Below, piece by piece: positions 7,723 to 16,756 of a stretch of 37,287 nucleotides of DNA. This stretch comes from Mycobacteriaceae bacterium (GTDB taxonomy: Bacteria > Actinomycetota > Actinomycetes > Mycobacteriales > Mycobacteriaceae). Both the position numbers and the translations under genes were made by a program. The first letter of the stretch is position 1. Every line of letters begins with the position of its first letter. Where the stretch lies: positions 1 to 37,287 of the forward strand of contig JABFVX010000395.1 in NCBI GenBank assembly GCA_013362555.1, in the 5' to 3' direction. Below the pieces are notes generated by a model. It ran no database searches. It had not been told where the DNA came from and saw only the letters and a program-made list of their open reading frames with translations.

Positions 7723-9018
7723 TCAGCCCAGGACGGTGGTCAGGTGGGGGTTGCGGAAGACGGCGTCGGGGTCGAAGCGGGCGCGGACGGCTAGGAATTC
7801 GTCGAAGCGGGGGTAGACCGTACGCAGGTAGGCGGCGTCGCGGGTGTGCATCTTGCCCCAGTGCGGCCTGCCCGCGTAGTCGAGCATGATCTGCTCGACC
7901 GCGTCGAAGTAGCCGTCCTCGTGATCGCGGATGTAGCGGTGCACGGCGACGTAGGCGCTGGCGCGCCCGGACGCGGAGGAGAGCATGAGGTCGTCCGCGG
8001 CGGCGGCCCGCACCTCCATCGGGAAGATGAACCGGTAGCCCTTGCGCTCCACCATGTCCCGCACCCGCCGCACGGCCTCCTGTGCGCAGTCGAGCGGGAT
8101 CGCGTACTCCATCTCCCGGAACCGCACAGTGCGGGGACGGGCGAATACCCGCGCGGAGGAGTCGGTGAAGGTCTGCGATCCCAACAGCCGCACGGCGCCC
8201 CTGGCGATAGCCGGGGCGACGGCGGGCGCGGCGCTGGTCACCGCGCAGAGCGCGCGCAGGGTCTGGTTGCCGATCAGCTCGTCGTCCACCCAGCGCCGCA
8301 GCCGGCCCGTGTTCACCGGCGGTGTGTCGGCCGGCAGGCGGTGGTTCGTCTTCGTGTACGCGACATCGGTATTCGGGAACCAGAAGAACTCGTAGTGGTC
8401 GCGCTCGGCGATGTCCGCGGTGAACTCGTCGATCGCCGCGTCGATCGGCTTCGGCTGTTCCACGGAGTGCAGTGCGAATGCAGGTACGCACTGCAGCGTG
8501 ATGTCGACGAGAATGCCCAGCGCACCGAGACCGACCGCGACAGCCTGCAAATCGGGGTCGAACTCGGTGACGGTCCGCACCTCGCCGCGCCCGTCGACGA
8601 GCGTCGCCCCGACGACCTGGGTGGCCATCCCGCCGTAGCGGATGCCGGTGCCGTGCGTGCCGGTGGAGATCGCGCCCGCGAGGCTCTGCCGGTCGATGTC
8701 GCCGAGGTTGGCCATCGCGAGCCCGTGCGGCTCCAGCAGTTCCGGGATTTCGTGCAGCCAGGTGCCCGCGCGCAGGGTGGCCCGGGAGCGGTCGACGTCG
8801 ACTTCCACCAGCCCGCGCATCCGGGACAAGTCCAGCTGGATGTCGTCTGCCGCGGCGATGGCGCTGAAGCTGTGCCCGGCGCCGACCGCCTTCACCGCCG
8901 CCCCGTCGGCCCTCGCTCGGCGCACCACGTGGACGACGTCCTCGATGCTGGTCGGGCTGATCACCTGGCGCGGGTGCGCCGTCACGGTATGACCCCAGTT
9001 ACGCCAGGTGTGCGGCAC
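7723..9018 (-). CDS. FAD-linked D-arabinono-1,4-lactone / L-gulonolactone oxidase-family oxidoreductase
   Basis: ORF 7723..9018(-). The FAD_binding_4 N-terminus reads WRNWGHTVTAHP...VKAVGAGHSFS. The ALO-type C-terminus reads GRPHWGKMH. The GTG start is preceded by AGGAGGAACA. Confidence 0.85.
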   Translation of the reverse strand: MPHTWRNWGHTVTAHPRQVISPTSIEDVVHVVRRARADGAAVKAVGAGHSFSAIAAADDIQLDLSRMRGLVEVDVDRSRATLRAGTWLHEIPELLEPHGLAMANLGDIDRQSLAGAISTGTHGTGIRYGGMATQVVGATLVDGRGEVRTVTEFDPDLQAVAVGLGALGILVDITLQCVPAFALHSVEQPKPIDAAIDEFTADIAERDHYEFFWFPNTDVAYTKTNHRLPADTPPVNTGRLRRWVDDELIGNQTLRALCAVTSAAPAVAPAIARGAVRLLGSQTFTDSSARVFARPRTVRFREMEYAIPLDCAQEAVRRVRDMVERKGYRFIFPMEVRAAAADDLMLSSASGRASAYVAVHRYIRDHEDGYFDAVEQIMLDYAGRPHWGKMHTRDAAYLRTVYPRFDEFLAVRARFDPDAVFRNPHLTTVLG

Positions 9019-9057
9019 TGTTCCTCCTGTGTTGACACGTGCGTGCAGGTCGCCGGG

Positions 9058-10353
9058 TCACAGAAAACACCGGCCCTCGCCCCGGTAGGTGGGCAGCTCG
9101 CCGACGACGACGCCGTCGTCGACCAGCAGGACCGTGTTGGCGTGCTCGGCGAGTTCGCCGGATTTGGCGTGGCGGAACCACACCCGGTCGCCCACGGCCA
9201 GTCCGGCGGCCGCCGGGCCGCGCAGCGGCGTCTGCACCTCGCCTGCGGCTTCCCGCGGCAGGTATTCCAACCCGAAGGGCCACACCGGTTTCGGGAGGCG
9301 GTCCGCTGCAGGCGGGCCGGAGGCGATCCAGCCCCCGCCGTGGCAGGCGGCCAGATCCGCGGCGGGCTTGCGCACCACGGACAGCCCGAAAGCGGCCGCG
9401 GGCGCAGGCCGGAAATGCCGGTAGGTATCGAAGAGGTGTCCGCCGAAAAGCCCGCTGCCCGCCGCGATGTCGGTGACAGCGGGATCGGCGGCGGTCGCTT
9501 CCACGGACCCGGTGCCGCCCGCGTTGACGAACTCCAGCTCGGCCAGTCCGCGCAGGGCGGCGACGGTCGCGCCGCGGCGCTCCCGCAGTTCCCGCATGGA
9601 CCGGTGTTGGATCTGCGAGATGAGCAGGTTCCGCAGCGGTGCGCCGGGCGCCCGGTTGCCGACGCCCGCGACCTGGGCCTCGTACGACATGGCGCCGACC
9701 AGCCGGAAACCCGGACGCGCCAGGATGGTTTCGGCCAGCGCGACGGCGTCGCCGACGCTGTGCACCGGGGAGCGCCGCACCCCGATGTGGCCGAGGAGCC
9801 GATGTCGCCACGACGCGTCCAGGTCGATGGCGACCCGCACCGGCGGTCTGTCCGCAGGCGGGGCCGCGGCGTCGATCAGGTCCAAGTGCGCGGGGGAGTC
9901 GACCAGCAGGCTCACCCGCGCCGCGGCGACCTCGTCGCCGAGCAGCCGGGCGATCGCCTCGCGGTCCGCGCTCGGGTAGCCCAGCAGCACGTCGGCGATG
10001 CCGGGCCGGTCCGGCCGGTCCGCGGCGAGCCAGTGCGCCTCGGCCACGTCGTAGGCGAGGACTCCGGCGAAACCCGGAACGGCCAACGCCGCGTCGATCA
10101 CGCCGCGCACGCGAATCGACTTGGAGGCCAACCGAATCGGCGCCGCCGCTGGGGCAGGGCCCGATTCGCCCCGCACGCCCGCCGCCGCCCGCGTGCGCAG
10201 GTCCGCGATATTGGCCCGCAACGCGCTCAATTCGACGACGGTGACGGGTCCGTCGCGTTCCGAGACGGCCTGGTCGATGGCGCGCCAATACTGCGCCGGA
10301 TCGGTCCGCCACCGGGCCGGGCCGGGAGCGGCCGCGAGATCGAGCAGTGCCAT
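9058..10353 (-). CDS. PLP-dependent alanine-racemase-N-domain protein (D-serine deaminase / amino-acid aldolase-like, DSD1 family)
   Basis: It is the lower part of track ORF 9058..11232(-). ATG at 10353 (MALLDLAAAP...) shares one base with the tetR stop (TGATG). It has IRLASKSIRV with a candidate PLP lysine and the C-terminus GDRVWFRHAKSGELAEH. Confidence 0.65.
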   Translation of the reverse strand: MALLDLAAAPGPARWRTDPAQYWRAIDQAVSERDGPVTVVELSALRANIADLRTRAAAGVRGESGPAPAAAPIRLASKSIRVRGVIDAALAVPGFAGVLAYDVAEAHWLAADRPDRPGIADVLLGYPSADREAIARLLGDEVAAARVSLLVDSPAHLDLIDAAAPPADRPPVRVAIDLDASWRHRLLGHIGVRRSPVHSVGDAVALAETILARPGFRLVGAMSYEAQVAGVGNRAPGAPLRNLLISQIQHRSMRELRERRGATVAALRGLAELEFVNAGGTGSVEATAADPAVTDIAAGSGLFGGHLFDTYRHFRPAPAAAFGLSVVRKPAADLAACHGGGWIASGPPAADRLPKPVWPFGLEYLPREAAGEVQTPLRGPAAAGLAVGDRVWFRHAKSGELAEHANTVLLVDDGVVVGELPTYRGEGRCFL

Positions 10354-10982
10354 CACAGCTCCTCTGTCGTCGTCGCGAATCCGCTCAGCATCATGACCGC
10401 CGCGGCGATGAGCCGCTCGGCGACCTCGGCGTCGCGGGTGGCGAGCCATGCCTGGGTCAGGCCGTCGGTCGCCGACACCAGAACCGGCGCGAGCGCGCGC
10501 GGCGGCAGTGTCCACTGGATCCGGGCGGCGGCGGCGATGCCCGCCAGCGCCTGCTCGGCGACGTCGTAGTACTGCGCGTACATCTGCTGGGCGAAGGATT
10601 CCAGGCCAGGGGTGCGCTGGGCGTACAGATTGAGCGTGAGCAGCGCCTGCTCGCGGCCCGGGTCGGCGGCGACGCTGTCGAGATAGCCGCGCAGCCCCGC
10701 TCGGAGCAGTTCCGCCAGCGGCGCGGCGACGCTCGGCGGCTGCGCTGGCGGTGCGACCGGAGCGGTGGCGGCGGCCAGCGCGTCGGAGGCGCCGCGGGTC
10801 ACCACAGCGGCCAGCAGCTCGTCGCGGGAGTCGAAGGCATAGTGGAAGCTCGACTGCGCCATGCCCGCTTCGGCGCAGATCGCCCGGGTGGTCGCGGCTT
10901 CGATCCCGCCCCGCGCAATGACCCGGAAAGCGGCTTCGACGAGCAGGGACCGCCGTTGCGACACCACTAGTCTCGACGGCAT
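10353..10982 (-). CDS. TetR/AcrR-family transcriptional regulator
   Basis: ORF 10353..11000(-). The HTH reads SLLVEAAFRVIARGGIEAATTRAICAEAGMAQSSFHYAF. The track start at 11000 is a TTG inside the operator palindrome, so I prefer ATG at 10982 (MPSRLVV...). Confidence 0.85.
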   Translation of the reverse strand: MPSRLVVSQRRSLLVEAAFRVIARGGIEAATTRAICAEAGMAQSSFHYAFDSRDELLAAVVTRGASDALAAATAPVAPPAQPPSVAAPLAELLRAGLRGYLDSVAADPGREQALLTLNLYAQRTPGLESFAQQMYAQYYDVAEQALAGIAAAARIQWTLPPRALAPVLVSATDGLTQAWLATRDAEVAERLIAAAVMMLSGFATTTEEL

Positions 10983-10993
10983 CCGTCCTCCGC

Positions 10994-11023
10994 GGGTCAA
11001 TTGACTGGGTCAAATGACCCAGT
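10994..11023. promoter_or_regulatory. Candidate TetR operator: nested palindromes built from GGGTCA/TGACCC half-sites
   Basis: Sequence is GGGTCAATTGACTGGGTCAAATGACCCAGT. It contains the perfect palindrome GTCAATTGAC (10996..11005) and ACTGGGTCA-aa-TGACCCAGT (11004..11023, 9 of 10 per arm). It lies in the 131-bp divergent region between tetR and the FAD-dehydrogenase gene. Confidence 0.6.
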
Positions 11024-11113
11024 TCTGCCACTGTCGCATACCGACGAGTAATCCGCCACTGGTCCGACGGCATTGTTACTGTCGGGTCAACCAAGCAGCG
11101 AGGATGGTGCGCC

Positions 11114-12772
11114 ATGACCGAAGCCGCCGACGTCATCGTGGTGGGGGCCGGGCTCGCGGGACTCGCGGCCGCCGCCGAGCTGGTTGAGGCGGGCCGGTCA
11201 GTGCTGATCGTCGACCAGGAGAATGCCGACAATATCGGCGGTCAGGCGTACTGGTCATTCGGCGGGCTGTTCTTCGTGGACAGTCCCGAGCAGCGCAGGC
11301 TGGGCATCAAGGACTCCTACGAGCTGGCGCTGCAGGACTGGCTCGGGAACGCCGGATTCGACCGCGAACGCGAGGACCGTTGGCCGCGGCGGTGGGCGCA
11401 GGCGTACGTCGAGTTCGCCGCGGGCGAGAAGCGCAGGCTGCTGGGCGATTGGGGTCTCAAGGTCTTCCCTACGGTGGGGTGGGCTGAGCGCGGCGGCTAC
11501 GGGGCTGTCGGCCCCGGCAATTCGGTGCCGCGGTTCCACATCACCTGGGGCACCGGGCCGCGGCTGGTCGAGGTGTTCCTCCGGCGCGTGCAGGCGGGCG
11601 TGGAACGCGGCCTGGTCACGTTCGAACACCGGCGTCGAGTCGACGAGCTGGTGGTGACCGAGGGCCGCGTCACCGGGGTGCGCGGCGCGACACTCGCGCC
11701 GAGCGATGCGGCCCGCGGCGTCGCGTCGTCGCGAGATGTGGTGGGCGACTTCGAGTTCGCTGCCCAAGCGGTGGTGGCGACCACCGGCGGCATCGGACAC
11801 AATTTCGACCTGATCCGGCGGAATTGGCCCGCTCGGATGGGTCGCGCGCCGGAGCACATGATCGCCGGGGTGCCCGCACACGTCGACGGCCGCATGCTCG
11901 GCATCGCCGAGACGGCGGGGGCGAGCATCGTCAACGCGGACCGGATGTGGCACTACACCGAGGGCATCGTGAACTACGACCCGGTCTGGCCCAACCACGG
12001 TATCCGAATCATCCCGGGGCCGTCCTCGATGTGGCTCGACGCCACCGGCAAACGCCTTCCGGCGCCGCTGTTTCCGGGGTTCGACACGCTCGGCACGATG
12101 GAGCACATCGTCGCGGGCGGACACGACTACACGTGGTTCCTGCTGGACCAGAAGATCATCGAGAAGGAGTTCTCGCTGTCCGGCCAGGAGCAGAACCCGG
12201 ACCTCACCGGCCGCGACGTGCGTCTGGTGGCCCGCCAGCGCCTCGGCCGGGGCGCCCCGGCCCCGGTGGCGGCGTTCCAGGACAAGGGCGTCGACTTCAT
12301 CACGCGCAATTCGCTGCGGGAGTTGGTGACCGCGATGAACGAGCTCACCGGCACGGACCTGCTCGACTACGACCGGGTGCACGCCGAGGTCGCGGCCCGC
12401 GACCGGGAACTGGCCAATTCCTACGGCAAGGACGCCCAGATCGCCGCGATCCGAGCGGCTCGCGCGTACTTGCCGGACCGGATCAGCCGCGTCGTCGCGC
12501 CGCACCGCCTGCTGGACCCGAAGAACGGCCCGCTGATCGCCGTTCGCCTGCACCTGATCACACGAAAAACATTGGGCGGCTTGGAAACCAACCTCGAATC
12601 GGCGGTAATGCACCCGGACGGAAGTGTTTTCGAGGGCCTGTACGCGGCGGGCGAGGTGGCCGGCTTCGGCGGCGGCGGCGTGCACGGGTACCGGGCGCTG
12701 GAGGGCACCTTCCTCGGCGGCTGCATCTTCTCCGGCCGCGCCGCAGGCCGCGCCCTCGCCGCCCAGCTGTAA
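11114..12772 (+). CDS. FAD-binding dehydrogenase (KstD/fumarate-reductase flavoprotein-like)
   Basis: ORF 11114..12772(+). The dinucleotide fold is DVIVVGAGLAGLAAAAEL. The C-terminus YAAGEVAGFGGGGVHGYRALEGTFLGGCIFSGR is typical of this conserved actinobacterial family. ORF 11255..12799(-) is a shadow frame. Confidence 0.85.
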   Translation: MTEAADVIVVGAGLAGLAAAAELVEAGRSVLIVDQENADNIGGQAYWSFGGLFFVDSPEQRRLGIKDSYELALQDWLGNAGFDREREDRWPRRWAQAYVEFAAGEKRRLLGDWGLKVFPTVGWAERGGYGAVGPGNSVPRFHITWGTGPRLVEVFLRRVQAGVERGLVTFEHRRRVDELVVTEGRVTGVRGATLAPSDAARGVASSRDVVGDFEFAAQAVVATTGGIGHNFDLIRRNWPARMGRAPEHMIAGVPAHVDGRMLGIAETAGASIVNADRMWHYTEGIVNYDPVWPNHGIRIIPGPSSMWLDATGKRLPAPLFPGFDTLGTMEHIVAGGHDYTWFLLDQKIIEKEFSLSGQEQNPDLTGRDVRLVARQRLGRGAPAPVAAFQDKGVDFITRNSLRELVTAMNELTGTDLLDYDRVHAEVAARDRELANSYGKDAQIAAIRAARAYLPDRISRVVAPHRLLDPKNGPLIAVRLHLITRKTLGGLETNLESAVMHPDGSVFEGLYAAGEVAGFGGGGVHGYRALEGTFLGGCIFSGRAAGRALAAQL

Positions 12773-12773
12773 C

Positions 12774-12841
12774 TCCTCACACCCGTAGCGCGCATCCACA
12801 CCCGCAGCTGCGGGTGTGGATGCGCGCTACGGGTGTGAGGA
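12774..12841. repeat. Family-2 palindromic repeat (perfect 34-bp arms, no loop)
   Basis: Sequence is tcctcacacccgtagcgcgcatccacacccgcag|ctgcgggtgtggatgcgcgctacgggtgtgagga. It fills essentially the whole 69-bp gap between two convergent stops (12772 and 12842). Confidence 0.9.
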
Positions 12842-13489
12842 TTAGGCCAGGGTCTGGAAGGCTTCGTCCGGCAGGACGGTGAACTCGGTTCCGTCAGGGC
12901 GCATTTCGGTCAGCCTGCCGTGGTAGATGGGGCGGGCCGCGGGCGCGATGATGCCGTGGTGGATGGGGAAGGCCGTCTTCGGACGCACCGCGCGCAGGTA
13001 GTCGACGGCCTCGCTGACCCGCATCCACGGCGCCGCGGCCGGGAGGGCCAGCACGCCCACCGGGACCGGCGGCACCCACAGCGAATCGCCGGGATGGACC
13101 AGCTGCGCCGGATCGTCGGCGGTGCCGAGCTGGAACACGGTGTTGTCGACAACCGGGAGGTCCGGGTGGATCACCGCGTGCCTGCCGCCGCCGCCCGTGA
13201 TGCGCAGTCCGCCGATGTCCACCACCGCGCCCGCCCGGACCCCGGTCCACCTGCCGCCGCGCAGCAACGCCGTCTGCGGGTCCGACAGGAGCCGGGCCCG
13301 CGGGTTGGCCTCGGCCAGCGCGTCGATGCGGGCGGGGTCGATGTGGTCGGGGTGCTGGTGGGTCACCACGATGGCGTCGAGCCCGGTGATGCCCTCGAAA
13401 CCGTGGGAGAACGTGCCGGGATCGAACAGGACCGTCGCGGCGTGCATTTCCACCAGGATGCAGGAATGGCCGAAGTGGGCGATGCGCAT
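12842..13489 (-). CDS. MBL-fold metallo-hydrolase
   Basis: It is the lower part of ORF 12842..13654(-). I chose ATG at 13489 (MRIAHFGHSCILVE...). The metal motif is VTHQHPDH. Confidence 0.8.
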   Translation of the reverse strand: MRIAHFGHSCILVEMHAATVLFDPGTFSHGFEGITGLDAIVVTHQHPDHIDPARIDALAEANPRARLLSDPQTALLRGGRWTGVRAGAVVDIGGLRITGGGGRHAVIHPDLPVVDNTVFQLGTADDPAQLVHPGDSLWVPPVPVGVLALPAAAPWMRVSEAVDYLRAVRPKTAFPIHHGIIAPAARPIYHGRLTEMRPDGTEFTVLPDEAFQTLA

Positions 13490-13578
13490 GCCGCCAACTG
13501 TAGGCCGGGCGGATCCACGGCGGCGGACCTCGCTAGGCTGAAGCCACACACCCGGAGTTCTCCCAGTTAGGAGCCGCA

Positions 13579-13812
13579 GTGGCACGTGTCGTCGTCGAGG
13601 TGATGCCCAAGGCCGAGATCCTGGACCCGCAGGGTCAGGCAATCGTCGGCGCACTCGGGCGCCTCGGATTTCCCGGCGTGTCCGAGGTCCGGCAGGGCAA
13701 GCGCTTCGAGCTCGATGTCGACGACAGCGTCGAGGACGCCGAGTTGGAGAAGATCGCCGAGGCCCTGCTGTGCAACACCGTCATCGAGGACTGGAAGGTC
13801 GTTCGGCTGTGA
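13579..13812 (+). CDS. purS: Phosphoribosylformylglycinamidine synthase subunit PurS
   Basis: ORF 13579..13812(+), 77 aa. The sequence [28 protein letters not shown]...IEDWKV is classic PurS. The GTG start is preceded by AGGAGCCGCA. Confidence 0.9.
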   Translation: MARVVVEVMPKAEILDPQGQAIVGALGRLGFPGVSEVRQGKRFELDVDDSVEDAELEKIAEALLCNTVIEDWKVVRL

Positions 13813-14501
13813 CATCGGGAGCCCGTATCGGGGTGATCACGTTCCCCGGAACCCTGGACGACGTCGACGCCGCGCGCGCGGTGCGCCGCGTCGGCGCCGA
13901 GGCCGTCAGCCTCTGGCACGCCGACGCCGACATCAAGGGCGTCGACGCGGTGGTCGTGCCGGGCGGGTTCTCCTACGGCGACTATCTGCGCGCCGGTGCG
14001 ATCGCCCGATTCGCCCCGGTGATGGGCGAGGTCGTGCGGGCCGCGGGCAAGGGTCTGCCGGTGCTCGGCATCTGCAACGGCTTCCAGGTTCTCTGTGAGG
14101 CGGGCCTGCTCCCCGGCGCGCTGACCCGCAACGCCGGACTGCATTTCGTCTGCCGCGACGAATGGTTGCGGGTGGAGTCCACCGACACCGCCTGGACCTC
14201 GCGGTTCGACAAGGGCGCGGAGATTCTCATCCCGCTCAAGTCCGGCGAAGGCCGCTACCAGGCCTCACCCCGCGTCCTCGACGAGCTGGAGGGCGAGGGT
14301 CGCGTGGTGTTCCGCTACGCGGGCGAGCCCGGCTCCGCCCCCAACGGCTCGCAGCGCGACATCGCGGGCGTCGCGTCCGCGAACGGCCGCGTGGTCGGCC
14401 TGATGCCGCACCCCGAGCACGCCACGGAACCGCTCACCGGCCCCAGCGACGACGGCCTCGGCCTGTTCTACTCGGTCCTCGACACTCTCGTCAGCGCCTA
14501 G
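13809..14501 (+). CDS. purQ: Phosphoribosylformylglycinamidine synthase glutaminase subunit PurQ
   Basis: Same frame as ORF 13770..14501(+). GTG at 13809 overlaps the purS stop (GTGA). It has [11 protein letters not shown]..., [10 protein letters not shown], the catalytic GICNGFQ and MPHPEH. Confidence 0.9.
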   Translation: MTSGARIGVITFPGTLDDVDAARAVRRVGAEAVSLWHADADIKGVDAVVVPGGFSYGDYLRAGAIARFAPVMGEVVRAAGKGLPVLGICNGFQVLCEAGLLPGALTRNAGLHFVCRDEWLRVESTDTAWTSRFDKGAEILIPLKSGEGRYQASPRVLDELEGEGRVVFRYAGEPGSAPNGSQRDIAGVASANGRVVGLMPHPEHATEPLTGPSDDGLGLFYSVLDTLVSA

Positions 14502-14504
14502 CAA

Positions 14505-14563
14505 GCCCTCCTGAATGACCCGTGCAGTGCGTTGGACGCACGTCATGGGCCATTCTGGAGGGC
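14505..14563. repeat. Family-1 palindromic repeat (degenerate copy)
   Basis: Sequence is gccctcctgaatgacccgtgcagtgcg-ttgga-cgcacgtcatgggccattctggagggc. It lies 3 nt after the purQ stop and 5 nt from the convergent DUF2218 stop. Confidence 0.85.
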
Positions 14564-14568
14564 TCGCT

Positions 14569-14868
14569 TCAGGATTCTTCGGTCCAAGTGACCGGGAGGC
14601 GGCCGCCCGCGCAGCGGTACAGGTTCACGTCGAACCAGGTCCGCAGGCGGGCGATTGTTTCCGGGGACTTGTCGCCGGTCGTGACGTGGATGACGAGAGA
14701 GTCCGGCTCGGCGAGCAGGCGGGCCGATCCGCTGCCGAGGGTGATCTGGCCGCGGCCGTCATCGGCGGTCCAGCTCGCTTCGCCGCCGTGGACGGTCACG
14801 TGCGCGGCGAGCTGTTCGGCGAAGCGCCCGGGCCGGTCGGTGGCAACCCTTCCCACGGCACTGGGCAT
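14569..14868 (-). CDS. DUF2218 domain protein
   Basis: ORF 14569..14868(-), 99 aa. The N-terminus VGRVATDRPGRFAEQLAAH matches the DUF2218 pattern as I recall it (ArV.TDRPsRYl.QLc.H). A GGGAGGA lies 4 nt upstream of the ATG. Confidence 0.6.
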   Translation of the reverse strand: MPSAVGRVATDRPGRFAEQLAAHVTVHGGEASWTADDGRGQITLGSGSARLLAEPDSLVIHVTTGDKSPETIARLRTWFDVNLYRCAGGRLPVTWTEES

Positions 14869-14957
14869 GGGGTCCTCCCTTGTGTGGTGCGGCCATCGGA
14901 GTCCCCCTACGCAAGTGTGCTATGAGATGGGCGACACCGCAGCGCGAGCCGAACGCG

Positions 14958-15800
14958 CTACCGCGGGGAGACGGTCACGCCGAGCGCACCCGGCCCGACA
15001 TGCGCCCCGATGATGGCGCTGACCTGCGTGATCATGCATTGCTGGGCGCTGGGAACCCGGGCCCGGAGCCGGTCCGCCAGCTCCACCGCCAGTTCCGGGG
15101 CGCCGAAATGCTCCACCGCCAGGTCGACCTGCTTGGCGCCCGCCAGTTCCACTGCCGTGTCGACCATCTTCCGCAGTGCCCGATCGGCGCCGAATACGCG
15201 GTTCAGCGGCGCCACCTGACCGTCCGACATCGTCAGCAGCGGCTTCACCGACAGTGCCGTGCCTACCATCGCCGCGGCCGCGCCGATCCGGCCGCCGCGA
15301 CGCAAATACTCCAGCGAGTCCACATAGATCAGCTCGGTGCTCGTGGTGAAGCGCTGGTGAGCCGCCTGGAGCACGTCCCGCACGGATCCGCCGCCTGCGG
15401 CGGCCGTGGCGGCGGCCAGGACCGCGTAGCCGAGGCTCATCCCGGTCGTGGCGGAGTCGACCACGTACACCGGAATCCGCGACTGGTTCGCGGTGTCCCG
15501 GGCAATCTTGCAGGTCTGCGACTGCTTGGCGGAAATATGCAGCGACACGACCGCGGCCGCGTCGGCATTCGCCGCGTCCTGGTAGGCCCAGAAGAACGCG
15601 CCCGGGTGCGGCGGCGCGGTAGCCACCGGAACTCTGTCGCGCATGGCGTCGATCAGCTGCTCCGGCGGAATCCGCGCTTCCTCATGGGTCTGCTCGCCCA
15701 CCTGCAATTGTTGCTGCACCACCGAGATACCCAGGTCGCGCACAACCGATTGGGGCAGGCAGGCGGTGGAATCGGTGACCACCGCGACATGTCGACTCAC
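14958..15800 (-). CDS. DegV-family (fatty-acid-binding) protein
   Basis: ORF 14958..15800(-). It has VAVVTDSTACLP..., GAFFWAYQD, YVDSLEYLRRGGRIG and GAHVGPGALGV. It starts with GTG. Confidence 0.85.
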   Translation of the reverse strand: MSRHVAVVTDSTACLPQSVVRDLGISVVQQQLQVGEQTHEEARIPPEQLIDAMRDRVPVATAPPHPGAFFWAYQDAANADAAAVVSLHISAKQSQTCKIARDTANQSRIPVYVVDSATTGMSLGYAVLAAATAAAGGGSVRDVLQAAHQRFTTSTELIYVDSLEYLRRGGRIGAAAAMVGTALSVKPLLTMSDGQVAPLNRVFGADRALRKMVDTAVELAGAKQVDLAVEHFGAPELAVELADRLRARVPSAQQCMITQVSAIIGAHVGPGALGVTVSPR

Positions 15801-15877
15801 GCCATTCGCCCTTCATAACACTGAAGTGCAATTTTAGATCCCGCACTGGGAGCGGCATGACCCGGGTCACGTTCACG

Positions 15878-16510
15878 CTAGGTAACCGTGAGTTTGCGCA
15901 GGAAGAACTGGGCGAGCGGGCCGATGCCGAGCGCGTATGCCAGGGTGCCGATGCCCGCGGTGCCGCCCAGCAGCACGCCCCCGCCGAGCACGGTCAGTTC
16001 GATGCCGGTGCGGATGAGCCGCAGCGAGCGCCCGGTGCGGTGGTGCAGCCCTGTCATGAGGCCGTCCCGCGGTCCCGGCCCGAGCCGGGCGCCGATGTAC
16101 AACCCGGTGGCCAGGCCGTTGAGGACGATCCCAGTCGCGAGCAGCGGGATTCGGGCCGCGAGGTGCGAGGGCGCGTCGACCACGGCCATGGTGAGGTCCA
16201 TGGACACCCCGAGCACCGCGACGTTGGCCACCGTGCCGAACCCCGGCCGCTGTCGCAGCGGGATCCACAGCAGCAGCACCGCGACGCCGATGATGGTGAC
16301 CCACGCACCCACGCTCAGGCCGATCCGCCGGGACAAGCCCTGGTGGAACACGTCCCAGGGACTGGTCCCTAATCCGGACCGCAGGATCAGCGCCATGCTC
16401 GCGCCGTACAGCACTAGCCCCACTGTCAGCCGGACCAGGCGAACGGGTAATGACGTGCGGCGGGAGGGAACCTTGGGGACTCGGGACGTGGTGACGGCGG
16501 TGCTGACCAT
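15878..16510 (-). CDS. YczE-like integral membrane protein
   Basis: ORF 15878..16510(-). It has 5-6 TM segments. The stretch GASMALILRSGLGTSPWDVFHQGLS resembles the YczE/YitT-type family. Confidence 0.6.
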   Translation of the reverse strand: MVSTAVTTSRVPKVPSRRTSLPVRLVRLTVGLVLYGASMALILRSGLGTSPWDVFHQGLSRRIGLSVGAWVTIIGVAVLLLWIPLRQRPGFGTVANVAVLGVSMDLTMAVVDAPSHLAARIPLLATGIVLNGLATGLYIGARLGPGPRDGLMTGLHHRTGRSLRLIRTGIELTVLGGGVLLGGTAGIGTLAYALGIGPLAQFFLRKLTVT

Positions 16511-16670
16511 GTCCTGATAATTTCAGTCCAGTTCTGGCATGTGCACATCCAGTGTGCTCAAACTGGCCACTCGGTGTGCGCGGCCAAGTCGCCTCGCAAA
16601 TCGCCCTTTCGCAGCCGGAACTCCCGGTACCGTCTGAGAGCGAGTTGGAGAACTCGGGTGGCTGGGTTCA

Positions 16671-16730
16671 AACCTCCAGAATGACCCGTGAAGTGCGTTG
16701 GGTGCACGTCATGGGTCATTCTGGAGGGTT
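16671..16730. repeat. Family-1 palindromic repeat (slightly degenerate), 5' of the acyl-CoA synthetase gene
   Basis: Sequence is aacctccagaatgacccgtgaagtgcg-ttggg-tgcacgtcatgggtcattctggagggtt. It ends 26 nt before the start at 16757. Confidence 0.85.
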
Positions 16731-16756
16731 TGCACGTGCGCCAGTGAGGAGCGGAG

